A DNA stretch of 62,848 bases, the filler included. It is 4 parts of 4 records of this genome, joined end to end, with 100 filler letters (N's around TTAATTAATTAA, not from the genome) between each part and the next. Parts side by side here need not be neighbours in the genome. Positions count along the whole stretch, not along the records: positions 37,724 to 53,624 come from DRR723986_17552; 3 more parts are not named here. One strand, 5' to 3'. The position numbers were made by a program, and so were the translations under genes. Below the pieces are notes generated by a model. It did no database searches. It was not told where the DNA came from and was given only the letters and a program-made list of their open reading frames with translations. How positions within the stretch are numbered: position 1 is the first letter of the stretch; every line of letters starts with the position of its first letter. This document shows positions 39,051-48,282 of the stretch, piece by piece.

Positions 39051-40073
39051 TTACCATCCATGTGCATTTCTCACTTTCACCAATGCCGCAAGGATATCAT
39101 TCCAGGTTTGCTGGTCGTTCATCACTGCATTTGGGAACATGCATCCATCCCAGCAGATATGCTTGAACGCTTTGGTTAATTCGCCTTTCTCATCGCGAAG
39201 CCAATAGCCAGCATCGTGAGCAATATCTAAAACTCCATTTGGATCAGTGGCTTGGCAATGTCGTCCTGTCTTATCATGAGACCCTGAACCGAAAACCGAT
39301 CCGTCATTTTGAGCTACGTGGAAATCAATAGTCCAAGGTCTGAGTGCATCTGTAACAGTTTTCAAAGCTGCTTTTACAGCTTCACGATCTTTTAGATCTG
39401 CGTCTTTAGGAAGTATTCTGTGCTCTGGAGCATTGTAGCCCATAGTATACAGAAAGGTATGCGACATGTCTGCCTGGAAACCAATATTCGGTCGATCAAC
39501 CATCTCTAGCAGCTCCACCATGTATTTCCAGCTGTGCATCGCGCCCCAGCAAATCTCACCTTCAGTCGCAAGTTTCTCACCGTAGCCAGCCGCTACATCA
39601 CATGCCTCACGGAACGTCTCAGCTATTATTTTCGTATTTCCAGCTGGATCTTTAGCCCAATCTTCTACGCCAGCAGCCGAATCAATTCTAACTACACCGT
39701 AGCTTCGAACGCCAAGATCATTTAGCTCCTTACCGAATTCACATGCTTTGCGAACCATTTCTACAAAAGTCTTGCGCTGATCAGCAGTTCCCATCGCAGA
39801 TCCAGCCCAAATCGGCGCGACTAAAGAGCCTGCAACTAAATTATGTTTTTGAAGCTTTTCCGCTAGAATCTTGGTTTCATCAGAATTATCCAATTTGAAA
39901 TGAGGCTCAAGCAAACCTAAATCGACTCCGTCAAATTTCACCCCATCAACTTCAGCTGCTGCTGTCATCGCCAGAAGTGAATCGAATGGAATTACAGGTT
40001 CAGAATCTGCTCCTTTGCCCACGATTCCAGGCCAGGTAGCATTATGTAGTTTTGGAAAATTATTTTGACTCAT
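39051..40073 (-). CDS. Sugar phosphate isomerase/epimerase TIM-barrel protein
   Basis: [29 protein letters not shown] metal-site pattern. Confidence 0.75.
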   Translation of the reverse strand: MSQNNFPKLHNATWPGIVGKGADSEPVIPFDSLLAMTAAAEVDGVKFDGVDLGLLEPHFKLDNSDETKILAEKLQKHNLVAGSLVAPIWAGSAMGTADQRKTFVEMVRKACEFGKELNDLGVRSYGVVRIDSAAGVEDWAKDPAGNTKIIAETFREACDVAAGYGEKLATEGEICWGAMHSWKYMVELLEMVDRPNIGFQADMSHTFLYTMGYNAPEHRILPKDADLKDREAVKAALKTVTDALRPWTIDFHVAQNDGSVFGSGSHDKTGRHCQATDPNGVLDIAHDAGYWLRDEKGELTKAFKHICWDGCMFPNAVMNDQQTWNDILAALVKVRNAHGW

Positions 40074-40218
40074 TGTTAAGTGGGTTTTTAGTTATTAAAT
40101 ACGGACCGAAGCTGGGAGACAGAAGACGGAAGAAGTCCCCCTTTCAGTATTAAGCATTCGATGTTCTACATTCATTGTTTTCTAGTTTGCTAACTGAATA
40201 CTGCGACTGAAATCTTCT

Positions 40219-41430
40219 TTATTCCAGTACGTTCAAGTCCGGATTATCAGGACCAAAATGCTTCAGCATGACAATAGGATCAGTCTTGGAGTGGTTGGTG
40301 ATTTTCACTCCTGCCTGCGCAGCCTTTTCAGAGACAAAATACTCATCATGTGTCAACTGTCCAAAGCGAATCAAAGCTGGAGTTTCAATATCCCAATCAT
40401 TCATTTTGCCATAGCCTTGCATCATGATCATTCCGTATGCTGCAGAATCTTTGATGGTTACTGTTTGCCCAGGGAAAATTGTCAGCTCTTTAGCACTGTA
40501 ATCATGTGAACGGTAGCAAATCCATTTATCATCGTACCCCTTGGCATTCATTTCTGCTCTATCTTCAACTGGAATTGGCTCCATGTAATGGTTATCCATA
40601 ATGTTTGGATTGACATTCAAATCCCAATCAATCATCTCGACCAATAAGTCATAGTCACCCCAACGATCTTTTGGAGTGGCATTCCAAAGCAATTCATCTG
40701 GAATGATTGCTTCGTTCACCAAAGACTGGTACATGGCAAAAATATCAGAAGCTTTCTGCGGCTCATAGGTACACAAAGAACCTGGAGCATGAAGCATTCC
40801 TGGAGGCACATTCCAACCCGTACCTGGCTGAAGTCTAAAAGCTTGAGAATAGTTAGTGATTTTATTATCTCCTTTATTGAAATTCTTCAGGCACTCAAGA
40901 ATAGTTTCTTTGGATGTTCCTGGAGCAATTCCAAAGAAAGTGTATGGGAAATCTCCCCCATGATTATTCACTTGAGGAGGAAAATAATATGCTTCTGGCT
41001 TCCCGTTTTGCCCAGTCAGCTTACCAAACTCATCACTCGGGTGAATGTGGTGTGGAAGTGGGCCCATGTTATCAAAAAACTTGGAGTACATAGGCCAGGA
41101 CTTGTATTTGTCCCAAAGTCTGCTACCTATAATTTCCCCTCCTAATTCGTCTATTGCATCTTTCAAGAGAAATAACTCCGTCTTACCGCCTTCTTCGAAA
41201 GCAACATGACTCAAGCCTTCGTTCTTGCTAGTCAGCGGGCCATTTTCAGCTGGTGTGGTAGATGAAAACCAACGTTCATCAATACCTCCTCGCTCACCGC
41301 CTAAACTATAATAATCATCTGGATGAAGCTTGATTCTTCTGCCTGGCACACAAAATGACCGAGGCACCCAAGTTGGGGTTAATCTAAGGATTCCTTCTCC
41401 CTGTTCGAGAGCTTTTTTTGCTAAACTCAT
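40219..41430 (-). CDS. Cupin-fold protein, mannose-6-phosphate isomerase class I-like
   Basis: ERW, SKFFD...PLPHHIHP, GKPEAYYF, VPPGMLHAPG...YEPQKASD. Confidence 0.7.
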   Translation of the reverse strand: MSLAKKALEQGEGILRLTPTWVPRSFCVPGRRIKLHPDDYYSLGGERGGIDERWFSSTTPAENGPLTSKNEGLSHVAFEEGGKTELFLLKDAIDELGGEIIGSRLWDKYKSWPMYSKFFDNMGPLPHHIHPSDEFGKLTGQNGKPEAYYFPPQVNNHGGDFPYTFFGIAPGTSKETILECLKNFNKGDNKITNYSQAFRLQPGTGWNVPPGMLHAPGSLCTYEPQKASDIFAMYQSLVNEAIIPDELLWNATPKDRWGDYDLLVEMIDWDLNVNPNIMDNHYMEPIPVEDRAEMNAKGYDDKWICYRSHDYSAKELTIFPGQTVTIKDSAAYGMIMMQGYGKMNDWDIETPALIRFGQLTHDEYFVSEKAAQAGVKITNHSKTDPIVMLKHFGPDNPDLNVLE

Positions 41431-41537
41431 GGGTTTATTAATTTGAAATTTGAGATTCTTTATTTGAAATTGAATTGGAAGACTGAAACATTGAAAAATT
41501 AGAAAATCCTTCAGAGCATTTCATCTCTTCACATATT

Positions 41538-42596
41538 TTACATTTTAAATTCTTTGACTGAGGCCCCCTTTAGCACTTCCATCTTGATTTCGTAGGTCCT
41601 GCTTTCTCCCGGTTCAAGCAAAATCAATGTTCCATTTTCACGAGCAGCGGCTTGACCGATTGGAGGATTTGTAGCTGGTTCTAGTGCGGTTACATATTCA
41701 TTTTTACCCCAGTGCTGCCAGTTGATGAGCCAAGGCATTTGCTTTTTGGAGAATGAAATACTTAAGCCAAGCTCTAATTCGTCATTCATATATCCACAAG
41801 TGACCTGATCATTTTGGTCCGCTTTTGGAATTATGAAAGCCACATCTTCACCAAAAGCCGAGTGCTCGTCTAATGGCGCTGCGCACTTGATAAACTTGTT
41901 TTGCTTATTAAAATCCGACATAGAATCATCATTATCCCTAGGTTGGATGTCGCCTCTCCATACTATTCGTGTACCCTCATTGATCAATGGCCAGCCGCAA
42001 TTGATATGGTATAACACCATGTGGGGAGCTGGAGAATTTCCCCAATTGAAGACCTGGTCTTTGATGTTGATTTCTGCCCTACCTAAAGTTCCTGAAATGG
42101 TTCTTTTCAATTCCAGGCTTGGACCAAAAGTCGTTGTCTCACGAATGACGCCTACGATTTCAAAATCCAGATTTCCAGAATAAATATCCGGCTGCTTGAT
42201 AGAGATCAGTTCGGCAGGTGTATTACTGTAATTGCCATGCAATCCGCGACTTCCAGTATCATCTTCATTAGGAGGACCCATTGAGGAAATCCCGCAGGTA
42301 GTCAGCAATCCACCACCGAATGTTCTTAACCAATCAATTCCCTGATTGGAAAAAGGTTGGGAAGCCACATGTCCCGCATTGCTGATCCAAGATAGGCTAT
42401 GTTCATTGTGAAAGGCATCCAGAATATCCATACCGCGATCCAGCACCACTTTATAGCGGAGTCCTGTGCCAGTATTAATCCAAGCAATACGGGTCCCACG
42501 TCCTGCACCGTTATCAAGAATGGAAGTTTCTATTCCGCCTACCTGACGAAAATTGGACAATTTACCTTTCCAATTGGATGGATCTGAGAGGTTCAT
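41538..42596 (-). CDS. Aldose 1-epimerase family protein (DUF4432-like)
   Basis: DRGMDI, WLRTFGGGLLTTCG, GLHG..SNTPA, LYHINCGWP, ALEPAT, LEPGESRTY; start ATG 42596. Confidence 0.82.
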   Translation of the reverse strand: MNLSDPSNWKGKLSNFRQVGGIETSILDNGAGRGTRIAWINTGTGLRYKVVLDRGMDILDAFHNEHSLSWISNAGHVASQPFSNQGIDWLRTFGGGLLTTCGISSMGPPNEDDTGSRGLHGNYSNTPAELISIKQPDIYSGNLDFEIVGVIRETTTFGPSLELKRTISGTLGRAEINIKDQVFNWGNSPAPHMVLYHINCGWPLINEGTRIVWRGDIQPRDNDDSMSDFNKQNKFIKCAAPLDEHSAFGEDVAFIIPKADQNDQVTCGYMNDELELGLSISFSKKQMPWLINWQHWGKNEYVTALEPATNPPIGQAAARENGTLILLEPGESRTYEIKMEVLKGASVKEFKM

Positions 42597-42774
42597 TATT
42601 GGGTCTTTGACTAGTCTGTAATCTATTAAAAAGGCCTTCCGACACTGTCCTGCCCTATATGGGTCAGGTTTGAAAGATCGGGAATAAGTTATGCAACTTA
42701 TGAGAGAGAAATTAGCCGCTAATAAAAAAATGGGCCCAAGTTTTTCAACGTAGGCCAATTGATTATTACGTATG

Positions 42775-42949
42775 GTTCAAGGGTTCAGACTTGGACCTAA
42801 AACATTGCAGTCTTTAAACTGCTCTTTTACTCAACTTGAAATATATCAAACAGCCATTAAATCCAACTAGTTAATGAGTAAAAGTCGTCTAGCCTTTTTT
42901 TGCAGTCAGGAGACTGCATAATGATGAGTCCAAGTCTGAAGGCTTGAAC
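42775..42949. repeat. REP doublet / MITE-like inverted repeat element
   Basis: gttcaagggttcagacttggac (42775-42796) is the reverse complement of gtccaagtctgaaggcttgaac (42928-42949) at 20/22 positions; inner tgcagtc/gactgca hairpins. Confidence 0.65.
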
Positions 42950-42983
42950 TAGACGCGTGTAGAAATTCCGAGTCAGGATAAAC

Positions 42984-43017
42984 AAAAAATGCCCCATACT
43001 TTTCAGCAGGGGCATTT
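42984..43017 (-). terminator. Intrinsic terminator after the DUF1080 gene
   Basis: aaatgcccc/ggggcattt stem with an A run that gives a minus-strand U-tail. Confidence 0.7.
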
Positions 43018-43041
43018 ATACTATTAATCTTAATATTCTAC

Positions 43042-43842
43042 TTATTGCTTCAGCATAATATCCTTGTATTGAACTTTCATCGGTGGTCCGACATGCACCT
43101 GCACACCGAGGTATCCGGATTCCATTCTGTTTTTAGGGTCTTCATCATGTACCTCAGACATCAATTGACCATTGACGTAGTGCTTTAAAACATTGCCTTT
43201 AGCCACAATGTGAATACTATTCCATTCACCTGCCTTGATCAATGCTCCAAGCTCTGCGCGATCTCCTATTTCCTTTTCTACATTAAGGCCTTTCCAGGCA
43301 TTCCGCTCTACAAATTCACGGACTCCTACACCTTCAGGCTGAGAGGTGATTTTTGTCTCCTGACCTCTATAGGCCAAGGTAGCTCTCTTGCGTTCTTCGT
43401 AGTTTTGACCGGTATAATTATTCTTCCCGTCAATATCTGCTTGGTAACCTTTCAAAGCATAAGGCACATCTTCTACCAGTTCACTTCGGTAATTAATGCC
43501 AGAGTTTCCACTTTCAGAAATCATAAACTCAGCTTTCAGCTCAAAATCTCCTGGCTGTCCCCCTTGCCAAATCAGGAAGGTATTAGCTTTCAATAGCGTT
43601 TCTGGAGTGATAGTACCAGTAATCGCTCCGTCTTGCACAGACCAATACACCGGATCCCCGTCCCAACCAGCCAGCGATTCCCCATCAAAAATAGACTTGA
43701 ATTCAGCCTCTGCACTGATCATTGGTTCTACAGCAATAGTTTTCTCCGATGGCTGCTGGCAATTCACCAATCCAATAACCATCATTGCACCAAAGCCTAA
43801 GGCTTCAATTCTTAACCATTTAGACGTAAATAGATTTTTCAT
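43042..43842 (-). CDS. DUF1080 (3-keto-disaccharide hydrolase family) lipoprotein
   Basis: IFDGESLAGW, DFELKAEF, GNSGINYRS, GYQADID, GEWN, HYVNG, GYLGVQVH, VQYKDI. Confidence 0.88.
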   Translation of the reverse strand: MKNLFTSKWLRIEALGFGAMMVIGLVNCQQPSEKTIAVEPMISAEAEFKSIFDGESLAGWDGDPVYWSVQDGAITGTITPETLLKANTFLIWQGGQPGDFELKAEFMISESGNSGINYRSELVEDVPYALKGYQADIDGKNNYTGQNYEERKRATLAYRGQETKITSQPEGVGVREFVERNAWKGLNVEKEIGDRAELGALIKAGEWNSIHIVAKGNVLKHYVNGQLMSEVHDEDPKNRMESGYLGVQVHVGPPMKVQYKDIMLKQ

Positions 43843-46532
43843 TCTTCTGCTTGGGCTTTAGTTTGATATACCTCATGATTAGGATTGCCACCGGACACTA
43901 AGTAAGCCATCAAATCTTTCAGCTCTTCCTCATTCAACCTGTTGATCATTCCTGGCATCATGATAGAGATTTTGGAATCTTTGACTAGGACCACATTGCT
44001 TTTCTCCACTTTACGCAAAATATCAGGAGAGAATGGATTCTGGGAAACTGAGTAACTAGTTCCATCTTCATTGATTATTCTACCCATCACAGAGCTTCCA
44101 TCTTTCAGTTCAATCACGCTTGCTACATATTGCTCAGAAATCTCATCACTTGGGTTGATCGTAGCTTCCAAGATATCTTTTGTAGAGAACCGTGTTCCCA
44201 ACTGAGATAAATCAGGCCCAATGATTCCACCTTGACCACCCATAGTATGGCAAGAAAGACATTGAGATGCTGCAAACATTGCTTTTCCTTTAGCTAAATC
44301 TCTACCATGAAGATCTGCCATTAAAGGCTCTGCTTCTTCCACTGTCCATCTTCTACCTGGGCCTTCTGGTTGAATATCCGTATTGACTAGGTCATTTCCA
44401 TTTCCCGTTAATAGTGCAGCACCAGAGAGTTCATTGTATTTATCAAAATCACTTTTTGCTACATGGGACAATGCCATTTTTCTAGCTCTATCAATAAAGC
44501 CAACATAGCTACGACCTCCTTTATACTTGAACGCATCCTGAATCCAAGTAAAATATTTCTCATGAAGTTCTGGGGTCCAACCAGCTTCTGCCCCACCAAG
44601 AACGGTAGCAAGATATGTCTGCTGTGCTGGTGGAACATTTGCCAACATATTTGCTATGTCCAATCCATACTGCGGATTTCTCATGATTAGATCTGAAGAT
44701 GAAGTAAACGTCTTCTGATAATCAGGATCATCTTTCGCATTTTCAAGAAGTGCCAAAGTTTTCTCAACTGCATCAGGAGCATCCAAATACACTAGAAGCA
44801 CAGCCAATGCACGGTCAAGATTATTATTATTTGCTGGGTAATTCGAATCCAAATAAGCTACTAAATCAGATTTGAGCGAACCTGTTGGCTCACCTTGTCT
44901 AGCTAATATCAGTTCAAAAGCACGCAATAAATCTTGCTTACCTTTTTCATTCAAACTCTTGTAATCAATCCCCATCAACGCCTGGATCATTGGGGCTCCA
45001 GCTCCTTTTTCTGAATGTCTCGCTAAAGCAATCATTGCCTGAGTCAAAACTACCGGATCTTTCTCTGCCAGTGCTTTGGCTTTCCATGAGCTTATTGGCT
45101 GATGTTCTACTGCTATTCTAGCAGCATACTGTACAAATCTATCTGGGCTATTCAAGTGTGACCAAGCCAAATCAAGGCCTGAAGCTGGAGCTCCATCTAC
45201 GTGAAGGGCTTCTAGTTCACGACGGGTTTTGGCCTCAGCAGGAAGATCGTCCATTGTCAATGAGCCTTCATTTCCTTCTATGTCTCCTTCATAATAAACT
45301 CTATAAAGATCTGATTCCAATCTCCTACCCCCAGTCATAAAGTACATCGCTCCGTCAGGACCAATTACCCCATCTGTCAAAGGCAATGGAGAACCAGAGA
45401 TAAATTCTTCCGCATTGGCTTCATACGTACCTCCTTTTGGAGTCAAAGTCATAGAATAAATAATTCCAAAACTCCAATCAAATGCAAAAAGTGAGTTTCT
45501 GTACTTAGCAGGGAATTTAGCACCTGTTCCAAACATTACATTGGTAGGCGATCCTTGTCCTATGTTCTGTGTAGCGGGTAGGTTATCAGGATAGTTTGGT
45601 GACCACTTCTGGTTACCTGTTCTCCATCCATACTCACTTCCTGAAGTTACGTGACAGATTCTAGTTGGGCGGTACCAAGGCATTCCAAAGTCCCACTCCA
45701 TATCAGAATCATAGGTAAACAAATCTCCAACTTCGTTGAATGCAATATCAAAAGGGTTTCGGTATCCAGCTGAGATTAACTCCCAATTCTTTCCTTCGGG
45801 GTCAATGTTCGCTACCCATCCACCTGGAGCCATTCTGCTGTTTGCATGCCCTCTTGGATCTTTGATTTCCGGGAAAAGATTGTCTTCCTGCCATACTTTA
45901 GGAAGTCTGTAAGAATCCATTTCTGGCACATCTGTATGATTTCCGGCTACAATGTAAAGTGACTTACCATCTGGCGAGAGCTTGATGCTATGAGGTCCAT
46001 GCTCACCTGGCTGACCAGTAAAACCTTTGATCTTAGTTACCGACTCATATTGATCATCGCCATCCAAATCCTGAATTCTATATAAACCTGTGCTTTCTTC
46101 AAAAATCTCATTCCCATTGTGATTTACCATCACATATAGACTGTTAAACGCATACAACAATCCTTGAGCATAACCCATTCCTACCTGCGGCTCAGCGACA
46201 TTACCGATGATCAGTTTTTCCACTTTTGGCTCCAGAGATGCAGCACCAATCTCAGGGATTTCTAATCTGTATAGAAAACCATATTGATCAGCTGTGATCA
46301 GTCTGTTTTTATCATCAAAGGTCATCGCGACCCAAGAGCCTTCATCCTTTTCTCCTGGACTTAGAAGGTGTTCTGCCACAAATCCATCTGGCAGATTTAG
46401 CTTATCTAATTTTGGGTTTCCAGTAAGCTGTCTTGTTTTGGATTCTTCCACGTTATCAGATGCACAGGACACTGAAAAGAGGGCCAGCACTGATAAGAGA
46501 AATAAATTCCTTATTGAATAATTTAATCTCAT
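43839..46532 (-). CDS. PVC-type heme-binding lipoprotein (GSDH-like propeller + HEAT repeats + cytochrome c)
   Basis: Lipobox SVSC; GEHGPH, GYRNPFD, YDSDMEWD, GSPT, GKAMF...CLSCH...GPDLS, MPGM; start ATG 46532. Confidence 0.85.
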   Translation of the reverse strand: MRLNYSIRNLFLLSVLALFSVSCASDNVEESKTRQLTGNPKLDKLNLPDGFVAEHLLSPGEKDEGSWVAMTFDDKNRLITADQYGFLYRLEIPEIGAASLEPKVEKLIIGNVAEPQVGMGYAQGLLYAFNSLYVMVNHNGNEIFEESTGLYRIQDLDGDDQYESVTKIKGFTGQPGEHGPHSIKLSPDGKSLYIVAGNHTDVPEMDSYRLPKVWQEDNLFPEIKDPRGHANSRMAPGGWVANIDPEGKNWELISAGYRNPFDIAFNEVGDLFTYDSDMEWDFGMPWYRPTRICHVTSGSEYGWRTGNQKWSPNYPDNLPATQNIGQGSPTNVMFGTGAKFPAKYRNSLFAFDWSFGIIYSMTLTPKGGTYEANAEEFISGSPLPLTDGVIGPDGAMYFMTGGRRLESDLYRVYYEGDIEGNEGSLTMDDLPAEAKTRRELEALHVDGAPASGLDLAWSHLNSPDRFVQYAARIAVEHQPISSWKAKALAEKDPVVLTQAMIALARHSEKGAGAPMIQALMGIDYKSLNEKGKQDLLRAFELILARQGEPTGSLKSDLVAYLDSNYPANNNNLDRALAVLLVYLDAPDAVEKTLALLENAKDDPDYQKTFTSSSDLIMRNPQYGLDIANMLANVPPAQQTYLATVLGGAEAGWTPELHEKYFTWIQDAFKYKGGRSYVGFIDRARKMALSHVAKSDFDKYNELSGAALLTGNGNDLVNTDIQPEGPGRRWTVEEAEPLMADLHGRDLAKGKAMFAASQCLSCHTMGGQGGIIGPDLSQLGTRFSTKDILEATINPSDEISEQYVASVIELKDGSSVMGRIINEDGTSYSVSQNPFSPDILRKVEKSNVVLVKDSKISIMMPGMINRLNEEELKDLMAYLVSGGNPNHEVYQTKAQAEE

Positions 46533-46729
46533 AGGACAAGTGTTAATTGATAGCAATAGTTAGATTTTTAAATTGGCGAATAATTTCTCAACTCAGAAAC
46601 CACTCATGAAATATACTGTCTATTTTTTTGCTTAGTATTCTTTCAGAAAGTAACAAAAGCAAAAATCAGAAAACCCAACAGTATAGATATAAACATACCT
46701 ATTTGTTGGGTTATCCTAATCTTTTAATA

Positions 46730-48238
46730 TTAGAAATAAGGACTCAAGTCAGACTCTGCTGCTGGATAAGCATAAAACTTCTTGATGTTGGTAAATGCAT
46801 TACTTCTTGGAACTGCTCCAGCGATTGGTGGGTAGTAGTAATCAAGAGGGTTTGCAATGATTCGCTGTCCATAAGGCACGATTATTTCCTCGATCCTATC
46901 GGTTCTCACTATATCAAACCAACGTTTGTTTTCAAAAGCAAGCTCTACTCTCCTCTCTTTGAAAATAGCCTCTCGCATCTCTGCTTGACTAGTTGCAGTA
47001 GTAGGCAAAAGTCCTGCTCTCTCTCTAACATCATTTAAGTATGGCGCAGCCTCACCTGGTTTACCTTGTTCATTTAGCGCTTCTGCCATAAACAATAGAA
47101 CCTCTGCATAGCGATAGATCACCCAGTTAGTTCCTGTGTTATTATGCTGAGAGTGGTGTTTTGCATGCTTTTTAATGTAAGGATAGTTCTTGTCATCTCT
47201 GAAGCTACCCGCAAGGAAAACATTACCGATAGAAGCTTCTTTTCTCAAATCACCTGCCTCGTAAGCAGCAATAATATCTGGCGTAGGGATATTGTTTCCT
47301 TCTCCATCAATATTTTGAGGATTGCTTGTTCCCATGATAGGTTGAAGCTCAGCCGCACTGATAGGCCTTGGCATAAATTGATAAATAAAATTACCATTCA
47401 ATCCAGCTGCCCCCTCAATAAACTGAACTTCAAACACAGACTCCATATTATTCTTGTTTGAGGTATTCCCAGGAAAAGCCATTTCATAACTTGGCATCAA
47501 TTGATACCCATGAGTTAATACAGGAGATAAGATCTGTTCTGCTGCAGGCCATTTCTTTTGATGGATATATACATTTGCTAAAAGGGTTCTTGCCGCCCCT
47601 TCAGTTGCTCTGCCTGGTTCCTGATTCGCTTTTTTTGGCAATAAAGGAACTGCTGCTACCAAATCTTGCTCAATCTGAGTATAAATTTCTGCCTCAGTAG
47701 CTAAAGGAAGTGCTGCCTCTTCTCTGGTAGCAACCGGAGTCAAATGAAGTGGAACAGATCCAAAATACCTGACTAATTCAAAATAGGCATAAGCTCTTAG
47801 AAAAAGCGCTTGACCCTTCACATTTGCTTTAGCAGCAGCATCAAAATCAACGTCATCTATTAAAGAAAGTATTTGATTCGTTCTTGAAATAATGAGGTAA
47901 TCCTGTCTCCATTGGTTCAATACGTGTGTATTAGCAGTGGTACCATTAGATTCAGGCACTGAGAAATCAGCTAAATCCTCTTGGTTATCCGTGGCACCAA
48001 AGAGTACATTTCTTGCATAGTAGGTATTATCGGAGTGCATCTCTGATAGTAACCAGGAACGGTCATTTGTAATTGTCCTCAGCGGAACGTAAGCTGCATT
48101 TACAGCCTGTTCAAAGTCAGTTTGATTTTTGAAAAAGGTAGCCGAACTCAATTGAGTTTCTGGGACTACCGTAAGAAAGTCGTCGCAGCCTGTGAGTGCT
48201 ATAGTTGACACTAAGAAGGCTAAGATATATTTTTTCAT
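46730..48238 (-). CDS. susD: RagB/SusD family lipoprotein
   Basis: Lipobox LTGC; GQALFLRAYAYFELVRYFGSVPL, YRYAEVLLFMAEA, ERRVELAFENKRWFDIVR. Confidence 0.95.
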   Translation of the reverse strand: MKKYILAFLVSTIALTGCDDFLTVVPETQLSSATFFKNQTDFEQAVNAAYVPLRTITNDRSWLLSEMHSDNTYYARNVLFGATDNQEDLADFSVPESNGTTANTHVLNQWRQDYLIISRTNQILSLIDDVDFDAAAKANVKGQALFLRAYAYFELVRYFGSVPLHLTPVATREEAALPLATEAEIYTQIEQDLVAAVPLLPKKANQEPGRATEGAARTLLANVYIHQKKWPAAEQILSPVLTHGYQLMPSYEMAFPGNTSNKNNMESVFEVQFIEGAAGLNGNFIYQFMPRPISAAELQPIMGTSNPQNIDGEGNNIPTPDIIAAYEAGDLRKEASIGNVFLAGSFRDDKNYPYIKKHAKHHSQHNNTGTNWVIYRYAEVLLFMAEALNEQGKPGEAAPYLNDVRERAGLLPTTATSQAEMREAIFKERRVELAFENKRWFDIVRTDRIEEIIVPYGQRIIANPLDYYYPPIAGAVPRSNAFTNIKKFYAYPAAESDLSPYF

Positions 48239-48282
48239 TTTTTTTCTTTTTTAGGTGAATGAATGAGGTGAACTACTTTCGA

